DNA of 64,000 nt from NCBI GenBank assembly GCA_963675595.2, contig CAXXLZ010000002.1, positions 128,001 to 192,000 on the forward strand. Direction: 5' to 3'. The position numbers and the translations under genes were made by a program. Position 1 is the first letter of the stretch. The number at the start of each line of letters is the position of its first letter. The notes beneath the pieces are model-generated. The model made no database searches. It saw only the letters and a program-made list of their open reading frames with translations, and had not been told where the DNA came from. Below, in pieces: positions 19,309 to 29,857 of this stretch. Source of the stretch: Thermodesulfobacteriota bacterium. Its GTDB lineage: Bacteria > Desulfobacterota > Desulfarculia > JACQYL01.

Positions 19309-19503
19309 ATGATTCGAAAACCCATACGTCTGATCTTGTCTTCCGTTCTGCTGCTTTCCCTGACGGCGGTGTCTTCATGCGCGGTATACATACCGCCGCC
19401 GCATCACGGGGCCGGAATACACGGGGCGCCCCCCGGACCCGTCCGGGTGCCCGGCCGCATCCATCATCGGGGACATTATATCCCCGGACACTGGAGATGG
19501 TAA
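19309..19503 (+). CDS. Small Pro/His-rich lipoprotein
   Basis: AAGGAGG RBS, lipobox-like VSSC, C-terminal YIPGHW. Confidence 0.6.
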   Translation: MIRKPIRLILSSVLLLSLTAVSSCAVYIPPPHHGAGIHGAPPGPVRVPGRIHHRGHYIPGHWRW

Positions 19504-19857
19504 CACGTATTCGTTGGACGGGGAACGACATGAATGGTGTCCTCCTCGCGTCCAACTCTGCGGGGCATGCCAAATCTGCAAGGGGTGCCGCTTACGCCGG
19601 TTTGACAACAAAGATGGCAGCTCAAGCGGGATGAAAAGTGTCCGAGAATCAGACGGCTTAGAGACAGGATACCATACCGCGGCGCGGTTGGTTGGATGAA
19701 GGGGGGCGGATGCGGTGTCTTGTTTCTGCGGAACGTGTACGCACCCATTCGTGGTTCGGAGGGAGCGGCGTCCCGGTGAACGGAAACCCACTCTTACCGT
19801 CGGCGGGTTCCGGCGTCTCCTTGTCGAAAAACCGGTGGATTTCGCACGGACTCCGTT

Positions 19858-20679
19858 TCAGGCGAGCAAATCCACCAACGATCCCGTGGACCTGCCTCCG
19901 GCTCCGACGACGCCTCTTTGCGCAACAAGACTCTTACCATACAAGGTTGATCGGTCGGCGGCGGAGGTCCCGCCGCCCGCACGGACGTCCTGCGTTTCCC
20001 CCGTGCCTTGTTGCATGAGCTCCTTTCGAGCTTTGACTTCCTTACGGCTCGCTTTGGCGGCCACCGCACGGTCTTGTGAGGACGGATCCGCGGGAGCCAG
20101 CGCCGCCCTCCGCACTTGTTGCATCTTCGCGATGGTGGCTTCGGGATCGTCCTTCACCTCCGAAGCATCGATACCCACCTCTCCGGCCACCGCGTACATC
20201 TTTCCGTCCGGCCCCCGTTCGAGTTCGAAGTGAGCGCCGGAAGTGACGTATTGTCCGCCCGCCGCTATGTGAGCCTGCTCGTGTGCTCGAACCTTACGGT
20301 CGTCTGCAGCCAGTTCCTTTACTTCCGCCCGCTCCTCCTCCGAAAGCTCGTCCTTCGCGAGCCCTCGAGCGTTTTCACCGGCCTCTTCAACGTCCTCTCC
20401 GTGTTTGCCGTCCGGTGAAGCGTCTTCAGCATTCGATTCCCTGGAACCGGACCCGGAGGACCGCGGACGTTCACCCTCGGCCGACGCTTCCTGCGAGAGC
20501 GTCACCCGATCCTCCGCCACCTCCGTTTCGGCGGGCGCCTTCGCGGGAGAGCTCTCACCCGAATTCTTCAAACGGGCATCAATGGAACGTTCATCGGAAC
20601 CACGGTTGCGAACTTCGGCCGTATCGGGCAACTTTTCCGAGCTGACCAGACTTTGAAGTTGGACGGATTCCATCATCAC
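19858..20679 (-). CDS. SprA-related family protein
   Basis: [33 protein letters not shown]. Confidence 0.8.
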   Translation of the reverse strand: MMMESVQLQSLVSSEKLPDTAEVRNRGSDERSIDARLKNSGESSPAKAPAETEVAEDRVTLSQEASAEGERPRSSGSGSRESNAEDASPDGKHGEDVEEAGENARGLAKDELSEEERAEVKELAADDRKVRAHEQAHIAAGGQYVTSGAHFELERGPDGKMYAVAGEVGIDASEVKDDPEATIAKMQQVRRAALAPADPSSQDRAVAAKASRKEVKARKELMQQGTGETQDVRAGGGTSAADRSTLYGKSLVAQRGVVGAGGRSTGSLVDLLA

Positions 20680-20936
20680 GAGTTCACCATGTGGATGAAA
20701 GAGAAAAAAATGCTGATATCTTTATCGGATGATCCGGGTGAATCTTGAGCTCTGATTCGTCCGGAATTCGGATTTCTCCCGCCGGCGACTCGGGGCCGCA
20801 CCCCTGAACGATTTTCATTCCATGTCCGTGAATGAGCAGCCGATGCACAGCATTTGGATCCGTCCCGGCAGAGATGATAGAATGAATCGGTAAGTTGTCG
20901 GAAACCGAAGACTTCAGCCCACAGGGAGGGCCGTTT

Positions 20937-21458
20937 ATGGAACTCAAAGGAAAAAAAGCCGTGATCCTGGCCGAAGAGCTCTACAACGAATTCGAGCTGT
21001 GGTACCCCTATTACCGGCTCATGGAAGCCGGTTGTCAGGTTACTTTGGTGGGATCGGGGAGCTCATCCACTTACAAAAGCAAGGTCGGATTGCCGGTGAC
21101 CGTGAGCAAGAGCGCGGACCAGGTGTCCGTCGCAGACTTCGACGCCCTGATTATTCCCGGAGGATACGCACCGGATCACATGAGACGACATTCGTCCATG
21201 GTCCAACTGGTCAAAGACTTCGTGGATGGGGGAAAGGTAGTGGCCGCCATCTGCCACGCGGGCTGGATGCTGGCTTCGGCGGAGGTACTCCGGGGAAAGA
21301 CGGTGACCTGCTTTTTCGCCATCAAAGACGATGTGGTTCACGCCGGGGCCAAGTATGTGGACCAGGAGGTGGTCGTGGATGGAAAGCTGGTGACCTCGAG
21401 GAAACCGGACGATCTGCCCGCTTTCATGAGGGAGGTCATCGGCCTGCTTAAGAGCTGA
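20937..21458 (+). CDS. PfpI/DJ-1 family protease/deglycase
   Basis: ELWYP, IPGGYAPD, AAICHAGW, TSRKPDDL; GGAGG RBS. Confidence 0.9.
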   Translation: MELKGKKAVILAEELYNEFELWYPYYRLMEAGCQVTLVGSGSSSTYKSKVGLPVTVSKSADQVSVADFDALIIPGGYAPDHMRRHSSMVQLVKDFVDGGKVVAAICHAGWMLASAEVLRGKTVTCFFAIKDDVVHAGAKYVDQEVVVDGKLVTSRKPDDLPAFMREVIGLLKS

Positions 21459-21548
21459 CGCCGCGGCAAAGTCGGGAATTTTCCGGGAAAGGGTTTTTCT
21501 CGACCTTTCCCGCTTCGATGAAGAGCGGGAGTTCGGAGATTCGGCGAA

Positions 21549-22745
21549 TCAGAACACCCGGCAGATGACGCCTTTCAGGTAATTCGACTCGGGAAAAGAC
21601 AGCAAAACGGGGTGGTCCGGTGCATTGGAGAGCCGTTCGATGATCTGGACGGGTCGTCCGGCATCCGTGGCCGCCGCGGCGAGGATGTCCTCGAAGAATC
21701 CCGAGGACACGGCTCCCGAACAGGAAAACGTGGCCAGAACCCCCCCGGGGTTCAACAGCTTGAGAGACAAAAGATTGATGTCTTTGTACCCGCGGGCCGC
21801 ACGCTCCAGTGCGGAACGGGTGTGAGCGAATTTCGGAGGATCCAGCAGGATCAGATCGAACTTCCTCCCCCGGTCCCGTAGTTCGCGCAAGACCTCAAAA
21901 GCGTCGCCCAATACGGAATCCCGGTCGAGGTGCTCCAAACCGTTCAGTTTGAGGTTCTCCAGTCCCAGTACGTGAGCGTCCTCCGAGACCTCCACTCTCA
22001 TAACGGACTCGGCGCCTCCTCCCCCCGAGTAGACAGAAAAGGCCCCCGTGTGGGCAAAGCAGTCCAGCACGGACCTGCCGGCGGCATACCGCGCCACGGC
22101 CCGCCGATTCACTCGCTGGTCGAGAAAGAAACCGGTCTTCTGGCCGCCTTTGAGGTTGACCAAAAACCGGAAGCCGCCCTCCTTGATTTCAACCAGCAGG
22201 GGAGGCTCCGTCCCGTACAAGATTCCCGACGAAGTCTGAAGTCCTTCGAGTTTGAGTGCCCTGGCTTCGCTTCTTTCAAAGATCCCTTTGGGCCGAAGTG
22301 ATGCGACGAGGTGGTCGACCAGGACGGGTTTGATCTTTTGGGCGCCCGCAGTGAGGGCCTGGATCACCAAGTATTCTCCGTACCGATCCACGATCAACCC
22401 CGGCAACAGGTCGGCCTCGGCGTTGACGAGCCGGAAGGCGGAAGTTTCCCGGTCCAGATCCAATGAAGTCCTTCGGGCCACGGCCTCATCAAGCCGCTTT
22501 CCCCACCAGGAGTCATCCACCCGCTCTCCTTCGTCCCACGTCAGCAGTCGCACCTGAATCTGGGAATGAGCGTTGAAATAGCCCCTGGCGACGAATCCGC
22601 CTTTGGAATCCAGAACCACGGCGATCGCACCGGGTTCGGGAGCCCCGTTCACCCGCGCGATGGCCCCGGAGAATATCCAGGGGTGAAATCGCTTGGCCGA
22701 CTTGTCTCGACCCGGTTTAAGCCTGACTGTGATTTCTTTGGTCAT
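21549..22745 (-). CDS. rlmI: RlmI-like class I SAM-dependent rRNA methyltransferase
   Basis: PUA HPWIFSG, GQKTGFFLDQR, LDPPKF, TFSCSG, YLKG. Confidence 0.85.
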   Translation of the reverse strand: MTKEITVRLKPGRDKSAKRFHPWIFSGAIARVNGAPEPGAIAVVLDSKGGFVARGYFNAHSQIQVRLLTWDEGERVDDSWWGKRLDEAVARRTSLDLDRETSAFRLVNAEADLLPGLIVDRYGEYLVIQALTAGAQKIKPVLVDHLVASLRPKGIFERSEARALKLEGLQTSSGILYGTEPPLLVEIKEGGFRFLVNLKGGQKTGFFLDQRVNRRAVARYAAGRSVLDCFAHTGAFSVYSGGGGAESVMRVEVSEDAHVLGLENLKLNGLEHLDRDSVLGDAFEVLRELRDRGRKFDLILLDPPKFAHTRSALERAARGYKDINLLSLKLLNPGGVLATFSCSGAVSSGFFEDILAAAATDAGRPVQIIERLSNAPDHPVLLSFPESNYLKGVICRVF

Positions 22746-23036
22746 TACGGATGAATGGGGGGACACGGAGGAGCAATGAAACAAACGAAGGTTTCAGAAG
22801 GCGAACCTCTCCGTCCGTTTCGCCCGCCCCTGCCTCGCCGGCAAAGTGGTGAGTGAAAGATACGCCGATGGGCGGTCAAGTTGTTTCTGGAATCGGGTGC
22901 CGGGGACTCGACCGTGCGCCCCGCGTCGTCGATCCCGTTAATGGGCGATGTCGGATGGGGTGGGTTTGATCCCGGCAAAGGGCCGGGGCTCAAGTGCTTT
23001 TGTCTCTCTCGGAGAGTCCTTGAGCTCGCCCGGACT

Positions 23037-23150
23037 TTAGGCTCTTTTCCCTTTGCCGGCCGCCTCGACTTTCCTCTTCCTCCGCCTGGAGTTGCCATGG
23101 GAGCCTCTCCAGATTTTTCCGCGCCTAGTTTTTCGATCGCCTTTTCCCAT
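23037..23150 (-). CDS. thx: 30S ribosomal protein bTHX
   Basis: MGKGDRKTRRGKIWRGSHG closely matches the THX signature; GGAGG RBS. Confidence 0.85.
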   Translation of the reverse strand: MGKGDRKTRRGKIWRGSHGNSRRRKRKVEAAGKGKRA

Positions 23151-23324
23151 ATTGCCTCCGCTGGAATAGAGCCGATAAGCATGTTGCCGTGGGCCCGAAC
23201 TTATTGATTGATGAACCAGATCAACGCTTTTAGCTCCGCCCTCCTCCATTGTCAAACATTATCACTCGACGACCCGCCCACAGAGATTCAAACTCCCCGG
23301 CTCCGGACGACGAACGTTCTCGAC

Positions 23325-23816
23325 TTATTCATCAGCCCTCATGGGTACGCCGGAACACATGAAGCTGATCCCTTGCTGACTCATGGTTCCCACCATGATG
23401 CTCTGAATCACCGGAGCGGTGACTTCCGCCTTCGAGGACCACTTCACAACAACCGCCGGGTTGGTGCCCGCCTGCTCCTTCTTGGTTGTTCCGGGGACCT
23501 CCACCAGAAGCTGCGCCCCGGCCAACGGCCCGAGTTCCATCGGTTTTTGAAGAAGCTCCGCCACGGCTTTTCCCTCCCCGTTGTGCACTTTCGCCGAATG
23601 AACCACGATGGAATGACGTGGATCCGTATTCCGAACGCTCACGGTAGCGGTCAGTTCGGCCCCGTACCCCCTTCTGGAAGAAAAGATCTGGAAATACACC
23701 GGAACGTAAACCCGGCTTCCCTTGAGCAGCGATTGGGCAACCGCGTCCCATGCCGGGCACAGAAGCAATACGATTCCGAACCAAAGCACGATTTTCATTT
23801 TTGACGATGGGTTCAT
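23325..23816 (-). CDS. DUF3124-like secreted protein
   Basis: Signal peptide; VYVPVY...LTATVSVRNTD. Confidence 0.7.
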   Translation of the reverse strand: MNPSSKMKIVLWFGIVLLLCPAWDAVAQSLLKGSRVYVPVYFQIFSSRRGYGAELTATVSVRNTDPRHSIVVHSAKVHNGEGKAVAELLQKPMELGPLAGAQLLVEVPGTTKKEQAGTNPAVVVKWSSKAEVTAPVIQSIMVGTMSQQGISFMCSGVPMRADE

Positions 23817-23819
23817 GAT

Positions 23820-25019
23820 TCACTTTCCTTCCATGCGGGCCTCAACCCTGCTCGTGCTCTCCCGAGCAGGCCTTGAGCTCGCGGGTCCGTTTTCACCGGG
23901 CTCGGAGCTTGCCGGAACCCTGCCCGACAGCCCTTTCAGGTTCTTCCATTCTTCAAGCAACGCCTTGACCGACAGCCAAGCACTTCCGCCGGTCACGGCA
24001 CGCAGCGCACCCGTCACGTCGCCCCGCCCAAAACAGGCCGCCGAATCCCCGAGAGATACCACGAAGTTCAGCAGCACACTGGAATCTCTATAACAGTCGC
24101 TCATGCACAAGGTGCATCCGTCACGAACAAATGGTGTTTCCGGGAACTCTCCCACGGAGCACATCTTGGAAGGCCACATGTCGCACCGCCACACATCCAT
24201 ATTCCAATCCAGATAAAAATACTTGTACCCGCCAAAGCAAGGGAAGCGTTGCTCGCGCCCTTGGAGAAATCGGATCATGTCACGGATGGATTCGGAAGGA
24301 TTCAGCACCGGAAACCGGGATTTGAGGTCCAGCACGGACTGGAAAAAGCCGATCAACTCTTCCCGGTCAAAATCCAACAGCGGGGAGGACTCGGAAAAAA
24401 CCATGGAAGACGATCCGGTGGACTTTTTGGGATACGAGAAAGTGACGGTTCCAAATCCCAGATTCTTCAGAAAACCGGCCAGGACATTCGGATCGGCGAC
24501 CAATTTGCTCATGGTGACGGACGCCACGGTCTCAACGCCCAGAGACGAGGCCCATCGGTTCGCCTCCCGGATTTTCGCGCACACGCCCGGCAACCCACGA
24601 TTGGACTCATGAGCTTCCACCGAAGGCGCATCGATGGAAATAATCAGCGTCCTCAAGCCCCGTTCCCAAAGTCCGGCAACGGAGTCCCACGTCAGCCGCG
24701 ACCCGTTGGTGCATACGGAAGGACGCATCCCTTTCTTCACCGCGTATTGCACCAAATCGGGAAGCCCCGGATGAAGAAACGGCTCCCCGCCCGAAAATGT
24801 AAGATAACGGACTCCCCGATCATAAAAGGCGTCGAGCGCCTCACACGTTTCGGAAACACCGATGAACACGCCGGCACCCGTCCGCTGTTTGTCACGAGCA
24901 TAGCCGCAGAAATCGCAGCGGGCGTTGCACACATTGGTTACGGCCACGTTGCAAATCGCCGGACCTCCTTGAACCAACGTCTCCTTAATCCGATGCCAGC
25001 GATTCATCAGTCCGCTCAT
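23820..25019 (-). CDS. Radical SAM protein with C-terminal Cys cluster (SPASM/Twitch-like)
   Basis: CNARCDFC, SGGEP, CFGG...C...CTLCMSDC; ATGA overlap with upstream gene. Confidence 0.85.
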   Translation of the reverse strand: MSGLMNRWHRIKETLVQGGPAICNVAVTNVCNARCDFCGYARDKQRTGAGVFIGVSETCEALDAFYDRGVRYLTFSGGEPFLHPGLPDLVQYAVKKGMRPSVCTNGSRLTWDSVAGLWERGLRTLIISIDAPSVEAHESNRGLPGVCAKIREANRWASSLGVETVASVTMSKLVADPNVLAGFLKNLGFGTVTFSYPKKSTGSSSMVFSESSPLLDFDREELIGFFQSVLDLKSRFPVLNPSESIRDMIRFLQGREQRFPCFGGYKYFYLDWNMDVWRCDMWPSKMCSVGEFPETPFVRDGCTLCMSDCYRDSSVLLNFVVSLGDSAACFGRGDVTGALRAVTGGSAWLSVKALLEEWKNLKGLSGRVPASSEPGENGPASSRPARESTSRVEARMEGK

Positions 25020-25888
25020 GGAAGTCCAACCCGCCCCTCTCCGTCCGTTCGAGCGTGACGTTGGATGAAGTCGACGCAAGCCCGAGACACTTCCACCGGG
25101 GACCCGTGATCGATCAGCGATATGCCCGGTACCCACTGAAAGCGCTGGTAGAAGAGCTTCCCCGGGTGCGGAGCGATGGAATAGTCGTAGGATGCCAACG
25201 GCCGGAAAACCTCTTTTTCAATTCGCACGTACTTCAGGTTAATCCTTTCCGAAAGGTAAAGAGACAAAGCGGCCCGCTTTGCGTGCCGTTCGGACGAGTC
25301 CAGCACCAAGGTTTGCTCGTTTCCTCGGGGGAACGGAAATTCCTGGCCGTGCACGCTGCCGCCCACATAATTGTACTCACTGAATTCCCACACGTCCGCC
25401 TTCTCACGGATAGTGGACGCAAGGGCGTTGACTGCGTCGTGATCCCGATGTCCGCCTTCATAGGCGGGAGTCCACACCTGATCGATACCCCATTGGTCCA
25501 TAGCCTGCAAAATTTCCTCTCGACAGTCTTCCAGATGAGACTTGAGAGTGCGACTGGGGCGCTCCTGGAAAAAGACCGGGTGAACGTTGAGAAACTCCGC
25601 CGCCCGAAGGGCCTCGCTTCTTCGTCGTTGGACTCTCCGCTCGTAGCGACGGTGCCCACGGAGTCGGAAGGCGTCCGGGCCGCGCACTCCGGTCGTGAGA
25701 AACGCCCCATGGATTTCGGCTCCCCGGTTTCCGGCCCGACGAATCGCCGCGGCACATCCCACCACTTCATCGTCGGGGTGAGGAATCAAAATGAGTATGC
25801 GCTTGCCGTACAGCACGTTCCTTGGCCTTATCGTGAATTCGCAGGTATCAAGCCCACCAGCCCCCGGAGGGAACCCAGCCGGCCGCAC
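25016..25888 (-). CDS. PIG-L/LmbE family N-acetyl deacetylase (start uncertain)
   Basis: PHPDDE and GGHRDHD zinc motifs. Confidence 0.85.
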   Translation of the reverse strand: MRPAGFPPGAGGLDTCEFTIRPRNVLYGKRILILIPHPDDEVVGCAAAIRRAGNRGAEIHGAFLTTGVRGPDAFRLRGHRRYERRVQRRRSEALRAAEFLNVHPVFFQERPSRTLKSHLEDCREEILQAMDQWGIDQVWTPAYEGGHRDHDAVNALASTIREKADVWEFSEYNYVGGSVHGQEFPFPRGNEQTLVLDSSERHAKRAALSLYLSERINLKYVRIEKEVFRPLASYDYSIAPHPGKLFYQRFQWVPGISLIDHGSPVEVSRACVDFIQRHARTDGEGRVGLP

Positions 25889-27209
25889 GCCGCCAAAAGG
25901 GAAGCAGGTCCTCCCTCAGCACGTCGCTCCAGGTCGGCCACTCCTCCTCCATCATCCGTCGAGCATTTCGGCCGATTCGTTTCGCCCCGGCCTCATCGCT
26001 CATAAGGTTCTCCAAAGCGCGAGCCCACGTTTCGGGCTCCTGGTCGTCTACCAGAATCCCGTCGCCGCCGGGTTCTTTAACGAGCCGGGCCGCAGCGCCA
26101 CGTGCCGGAAGAAGCACCGGAAGTCCGGAGGACTTGGCCTCGAGCACCGCATTGGGCATGACCTCCACTGTGGAAGGAAAGACAAAGGCGTCCGCCCCCG
26201 CATAACATTCGGCCAAAGCCGGATGAGAAACCACGCCCGGACAGGTGGCCCGGGGTCCTAAGAGCTCCTTCAAAGCATCACGCTGTGCACCTTCTCCCAA
26301 AGCCAGCACGTGCACGGGCAAACCCCGCGCGATCAGAATTTCAGCCGCCCGACCCAGCACCATGACGTTCTTACCCTCATCCACACGCCCCACAAACAAA
26401 ATCACGAATCGGTCGTGGTCGATTCCGTAATCGGATGCCAGCCGGTCGCGGTCTCTATGAACGGGGTTAAAGATACGGACGTCCACGCCGCGCCGTAGGA
26501 ATGAAACGCGGCGACGGGGAACCAACCGCCGTGCCCATTCAAGATCGTCGGCATTGGAGACGAACACCCACCGGCATCTCCCGAGAAATCGTTTCAGCCT
26601 CCATTTCATCAAGTCGGCGCATCGATCGTCCATTCTCAGCTTGCGCAGAAGCAGTCTCGCCATGGGACCGTCATGGAAAATTCTGCGAATGACCTGCCCC
26701 GAATAAATTCGGGTGTAGCTGGGGGTATCCGTATGAATGGAGTTCACCAACGGGACACCCCATCTCCTGGCGACCCAACCTGCGGTGCGTGCATAAGCGA
26801 AAAACGCGTCCGTGGTGTGAATCACGTCGAATCGTCGCAGATACGTAAGGAGATTGGGATGAAGGGGGGATAGGTCGGCGTGATCGGCGACCTGGTCCAT
26901 GAAATGAAACCGAGCCGTACTGAAGACCGGAGGCAATGTAACGTAACGGACATTACGGGAAAGGGTGAAGATCCCTTCCCTGTCCCCCTGGAAATGAACC
27001 GTCAAATCCAACTCGTCCGAAACGGACCGAGCCGCTTCCGCAAATCGTTCCCAACACTTGACTTGTCCCCCCGAGCCGTCTCCCCATCTGAGGTCCACCA
27101 AGACTCCGACGGACACGCGGCGGTTCTCTCCCCCGATCCCCACGGAGGAGCCTCGACTGGGGGGGAATTTGCGATTCAACCCGATTCGGCTTTTCATAAA
27201 CCGTTCCAT
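25848..27209 (-). CDS. Glycosyltransferase family 4
   Basis: FVGRVDEGKN, FPSTVE...VLEAKSSGLPV. Confidence 0.85.
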   Translation of the reverse strand: MERFMKSRIGLNRKFPPSRGSSVGIGGENRRVSVGVLVDLRWGDGSGGQVKCWERFAEAARSVSDELDLTVHFQGDREGIFTLSRNVRYVTLPPVFSTARFHFMDQVADHADLSPLHPNLLTYLRRFDVIHTTDAFFAYARTAGWVARRWGVPLVNSIHTDTPSYTRIYSGQVIRRIFHDGPMARLLLRKLRMDDRCADLMKWRLKRFLGRCRWVFVSNADDLEWARRLVPRRRVSFLRRGVDVRIFNPVHRDRDRLASDYGIDHDRFVILFVGRVDEGKNVMVLGRAAEILIARGLPVHVLALGEGAQRDALKELLGPRATCPGVVSHPALAECYAGADAFVFPSTVEVMPNAVLEAKSSGLPVLLPARGAAARLVKEPGGDGILVDDQEPETWARALENLMSDEAGAKRIGRNARRMMEEEWPTWSDVLREDLLPFWRRAAGWVPSGGWWA

Positions 27210-27437
27210 TACGCTTTGGTTCTACTTCGCGGGTGCGGACCCGCGGAAACAAGAAACGGGGAACTTCTTTTCAGCGAAAGTCGCGAAGAAAACAGCATTC
27301 TAGCCCAGGATGTTCGTGAGTTGCAAGATTTACACGAATCGACTCGCGGTTTCCCGAGTCCAAATCCTTGAACCGGGGGACCATAGGACTTATAATGAAA
27401 GATTCTTGACCATGGGATTAAACATACGGAACCCGCG

Positions 27438-28526
27438 ATGTTCACGGACTTGAAAAACCTCTCTTTGCCCGAACTCCAGGAATGGGCGGCTCAACTGGGC
27501 GAACCCCGATACCGGGCTCTCCAGCTGGTGCAATGGATGTATTCCAAAGGTGTGGACGCCCCGGACCAAATGACCAATATCCCCAAGTCCTTTCGGGAGA
27601 AAATCGCCGACAATGCGCACATAGGCTTCTTGGAACCTTTCCGTGTGCTTGAATCCGAAGAAGACGAAACCCGAAAATTCGTTTTCGTACTCGACGACGG
27701 AGAATGTGTCGAGAGCGTCCTTATTCCTGAACGCGGTCATTCGACCTTGTGTGTCTCAACCCAGGTGGGCTGCGCCATGGGTTGCGCGTTTTGCCGCACG
27801 GGCCGCTCGGGCCTTACCAGAAACCTAAGCTCCGGAGAAATCCTCAATCAGATTCTCGCGGTTCGAAGGTCTCTGAAGCCCGGAGAAAACCTCACCAATC
27901 TGGTCTTCATGGGAATGGGAGAACCCTTGGCCAATTTTGACCAGTGCGTGCGGGCCCTCGGAATCATTACCGACAATCGGGCCATGGCCTTCGGTCTGCG
28001 ACGGGTGACGGTCTCCACCTGCGGAATCGCGGACCGAATTCCCCGGCTGGGCGCCCTCGTCAACGTGGGCTTGGCCGTTTCCCTCAACGCGGCGGACGAC
28101 GACGTCCGGTCTGCTATCATGCCCGTCAACCGGAAATACCCCATGGATGTTCTCCTGAAGGCATGTCGTGAATATCCGCTCCGCAGAGGCCGACGAGTCA
28201 CTTACGAATATGTGCTGATTCGGGATGTCAACGATCGTCCGCAGGACGCGCAACGGCTCGCCCGCATTCTCGTTCCGGCCGAGGCCAAGATCAACCTGAT
28301 CCCCTTGAACGCTCATGACGGGAGCCCGTTTCAGCCGCCCGACCCCGACAGGGTGGAAGCATTTCAGAATATTCTCATCGACCGTCATTACACGGCCATC
28401 ATCCGAAAAAGCAAAGGAAGGGATATCCTCGCGGCCTGCGGTCAACTGGCGGGCACCGTCCGCGAAAAAAACTTGACGCGGCTTGCCCCGCAGCCTAACG
28501 AGCAGCAGTGGGCGAACCGCCCCTGA
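27438..28526 (+). CDS. rlmN: 23S rRNA/tRNA m2A methyltransferase RlmN
   Basis: CVSTQVGCAMGCAFC, FMGMGEP, AACGQL. Confidence 0.95.
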   Translation: MFTDLKNLSLPELQEWAAQLGEPRYRALQLVQWMYSKGVDAPDQMTNIPKSFREKIADNAHIGFLEPFRVLESEEDETRKFVFVLDDGECVESVLIPERGHSTLCVSTQVGCAMGCAFCRTGRSGLTRNLSSGEILNQILAVRRSLKPGENLTNLVFMGMGEPLANFDQCVRALGIITDNRAMAFGLRRVTVSTCGIADRIPRLGALVNVGLAVSLNAADDDVRSAIMPVNRKYPMDVLLKACREYPLRRGRRVTYEYVLIRDVNDRPQDAQRLARILVPAEAKINLIPLNAHDGSPFQPPDPDRVEAFQNILIDRHYTAIIRKSKGRDILAACGQLAGTVREKNLTRLAPQPNEQQWANRP

Positions 28527-28616
28527 CGTTTTCCGGAACCCGTCTCGACAACCGAGCCGGAAAGCGCCACAAGCCCCAACTCAGCTATGGGAAATCGACC
28601 CAGGAGGTGTCACTCA

Positions 28617-28988
28617 ATGCTCGATTTCGAAAAAGGCAACGGACTGATCCCGGCCGTCACCCAGGATCAGGAAAGCGGCGAGGTACTCATGCTCGCCTAC
28701 ATCAACAAGGAATCCTGGGAAAGGACGCTCGAAACCGGGGAAGTGCACTACTGGAGCCGAAGCCGACAAGAGATTTGGCACAAGGGAGGCACATCCGGAC
28801 ATGTGCAAAAAGTGAAGGAAATTCGGATCGATTGCGACCGAGACACCGTGCTTTTCAAAGTGGAACAGGTCGGCGGAGCCGCCTGCCATACGGGATATCG
28901 AAGCTGCTTCTTCAACTTGGTGACCCCGGAAGGAATCCGGGAATCGGGAGTGAAAGTGTTCGATCCAGCGGAGGTGTATAAAAAGTGA
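28617..28988 (+). CDS. hisI: Phosphoribosyl-AMP cyclohydrolase
   Basis: [21 protein letters not shown]. Confidence 0.95.
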   Translation: MLDFEKGNGLIPAVTQDQESGEVLMLAYINKESWERTLETGEVHYWSRSRQEIWHKGGTSGHVQKVKEIRIDCDRDTVLFKVEQVGGAACHTGYRSCFFNLVTPEGIRESGVKVFDPAEVYKK

Positions 28989-29857
28989 GTATTCTCAAAC
29001 TGGGCATACCCAAAGGGAGTCTGCAGGACGCCACCATTGAGATTTTCCGAAAATGCGGATGGAAGATCGAAGTCAACCACAGAAGCTATTTCCCGGAAAT
29101 CAACGACGAAACGATCCAATGCTCCATTTGCCGCGCTCAAGAAATGAGCCGATACGTGGAAAACGGCACCCTGGACGCGGGCCTGACCGGATTGGATTGG
29201 ATCTGTGAAAACGACTCTACGGTTCATGTGGTGACGGACCTGTTCTATTCCAAAGTAAGCCAACGGCCCGCCCGATGGGTGCTCGCCGTGCCTTATGATT
29301 CGGACATCAAGACCATCGAGGACTGCAAAGGGAAGAAAATCGCCACCGAACTGGTGAATTTCACCCGAAAATATTTCCTGGAACGAGGCATCGAGGTGGA
29401 AGTGGAATTTTCGTGGGGCGCCACGGAAGCCAAGGTGGTTTCCGGACTGGCGGACGCCATTGTGGAAGTCACGGAAACCGGGAGCACCATTAAGGCCCAC
29501 GGACTCAAGATCATCCATGAACTGATGCAGTCCAACACCCAGTTGATCGCCAACACGGAAAGTTGGAAGGACGAGTGGAAACGCGAAAAGGTTTTGCAGA
29601 TCGCCCAGTTGATGCAGGGAGCGCTCCAAGCGGAGAAAATGGTAGGTCTGAAAATGAACGTTCACAAAGAAAAAGTGGAAGGGATCGTGGGGATCCTGCC
29701 CAGTTTGAACGCGCCCACCATCGCACATCTGTATAACAGCGACTGGCTGTCCGTGGAAACCGTGGTGGCCAAGACCGTGGTCAGAGACCTCGTTCCGCGA
29801 TTGATCGGCGAAGGAGCCGAAGGAATCATCGAGTATCCCCTCAACAAAGTGATATGA
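28985..29857 (+). CDS. hisG: ATP phosphoribosyltransferase (long form)
   Basis: IPKGSLQ, SWGATE, ETGST, C-terminal ACT-like domain. Confidence 0.95.
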   Translation: MSILKLGIPKGSLQDATIEIFRKCGWKIEVNHRSYFPEINDETIQCSICRAQEMSRYVENGTLDAGLTGLDWICENDSTVHVVTDLFYSKVSQRPARWVLAVPYDSDIKTIEDCKGKKIATELVNFTRKYFLERGIEVEVEFSWGATEAKVVSGLADAIVEVTETGSTIKAHGLKIIHELMQSNTQLIANTESWKDEWKREKVLQIAQLMQGALQAEKMVGLKMNVHKEKVEGIVGILPSLNAPTIAHLYNSDWLSVETVVAKTVVRDLVPRLIGEGAEGIIEYPLNKVI

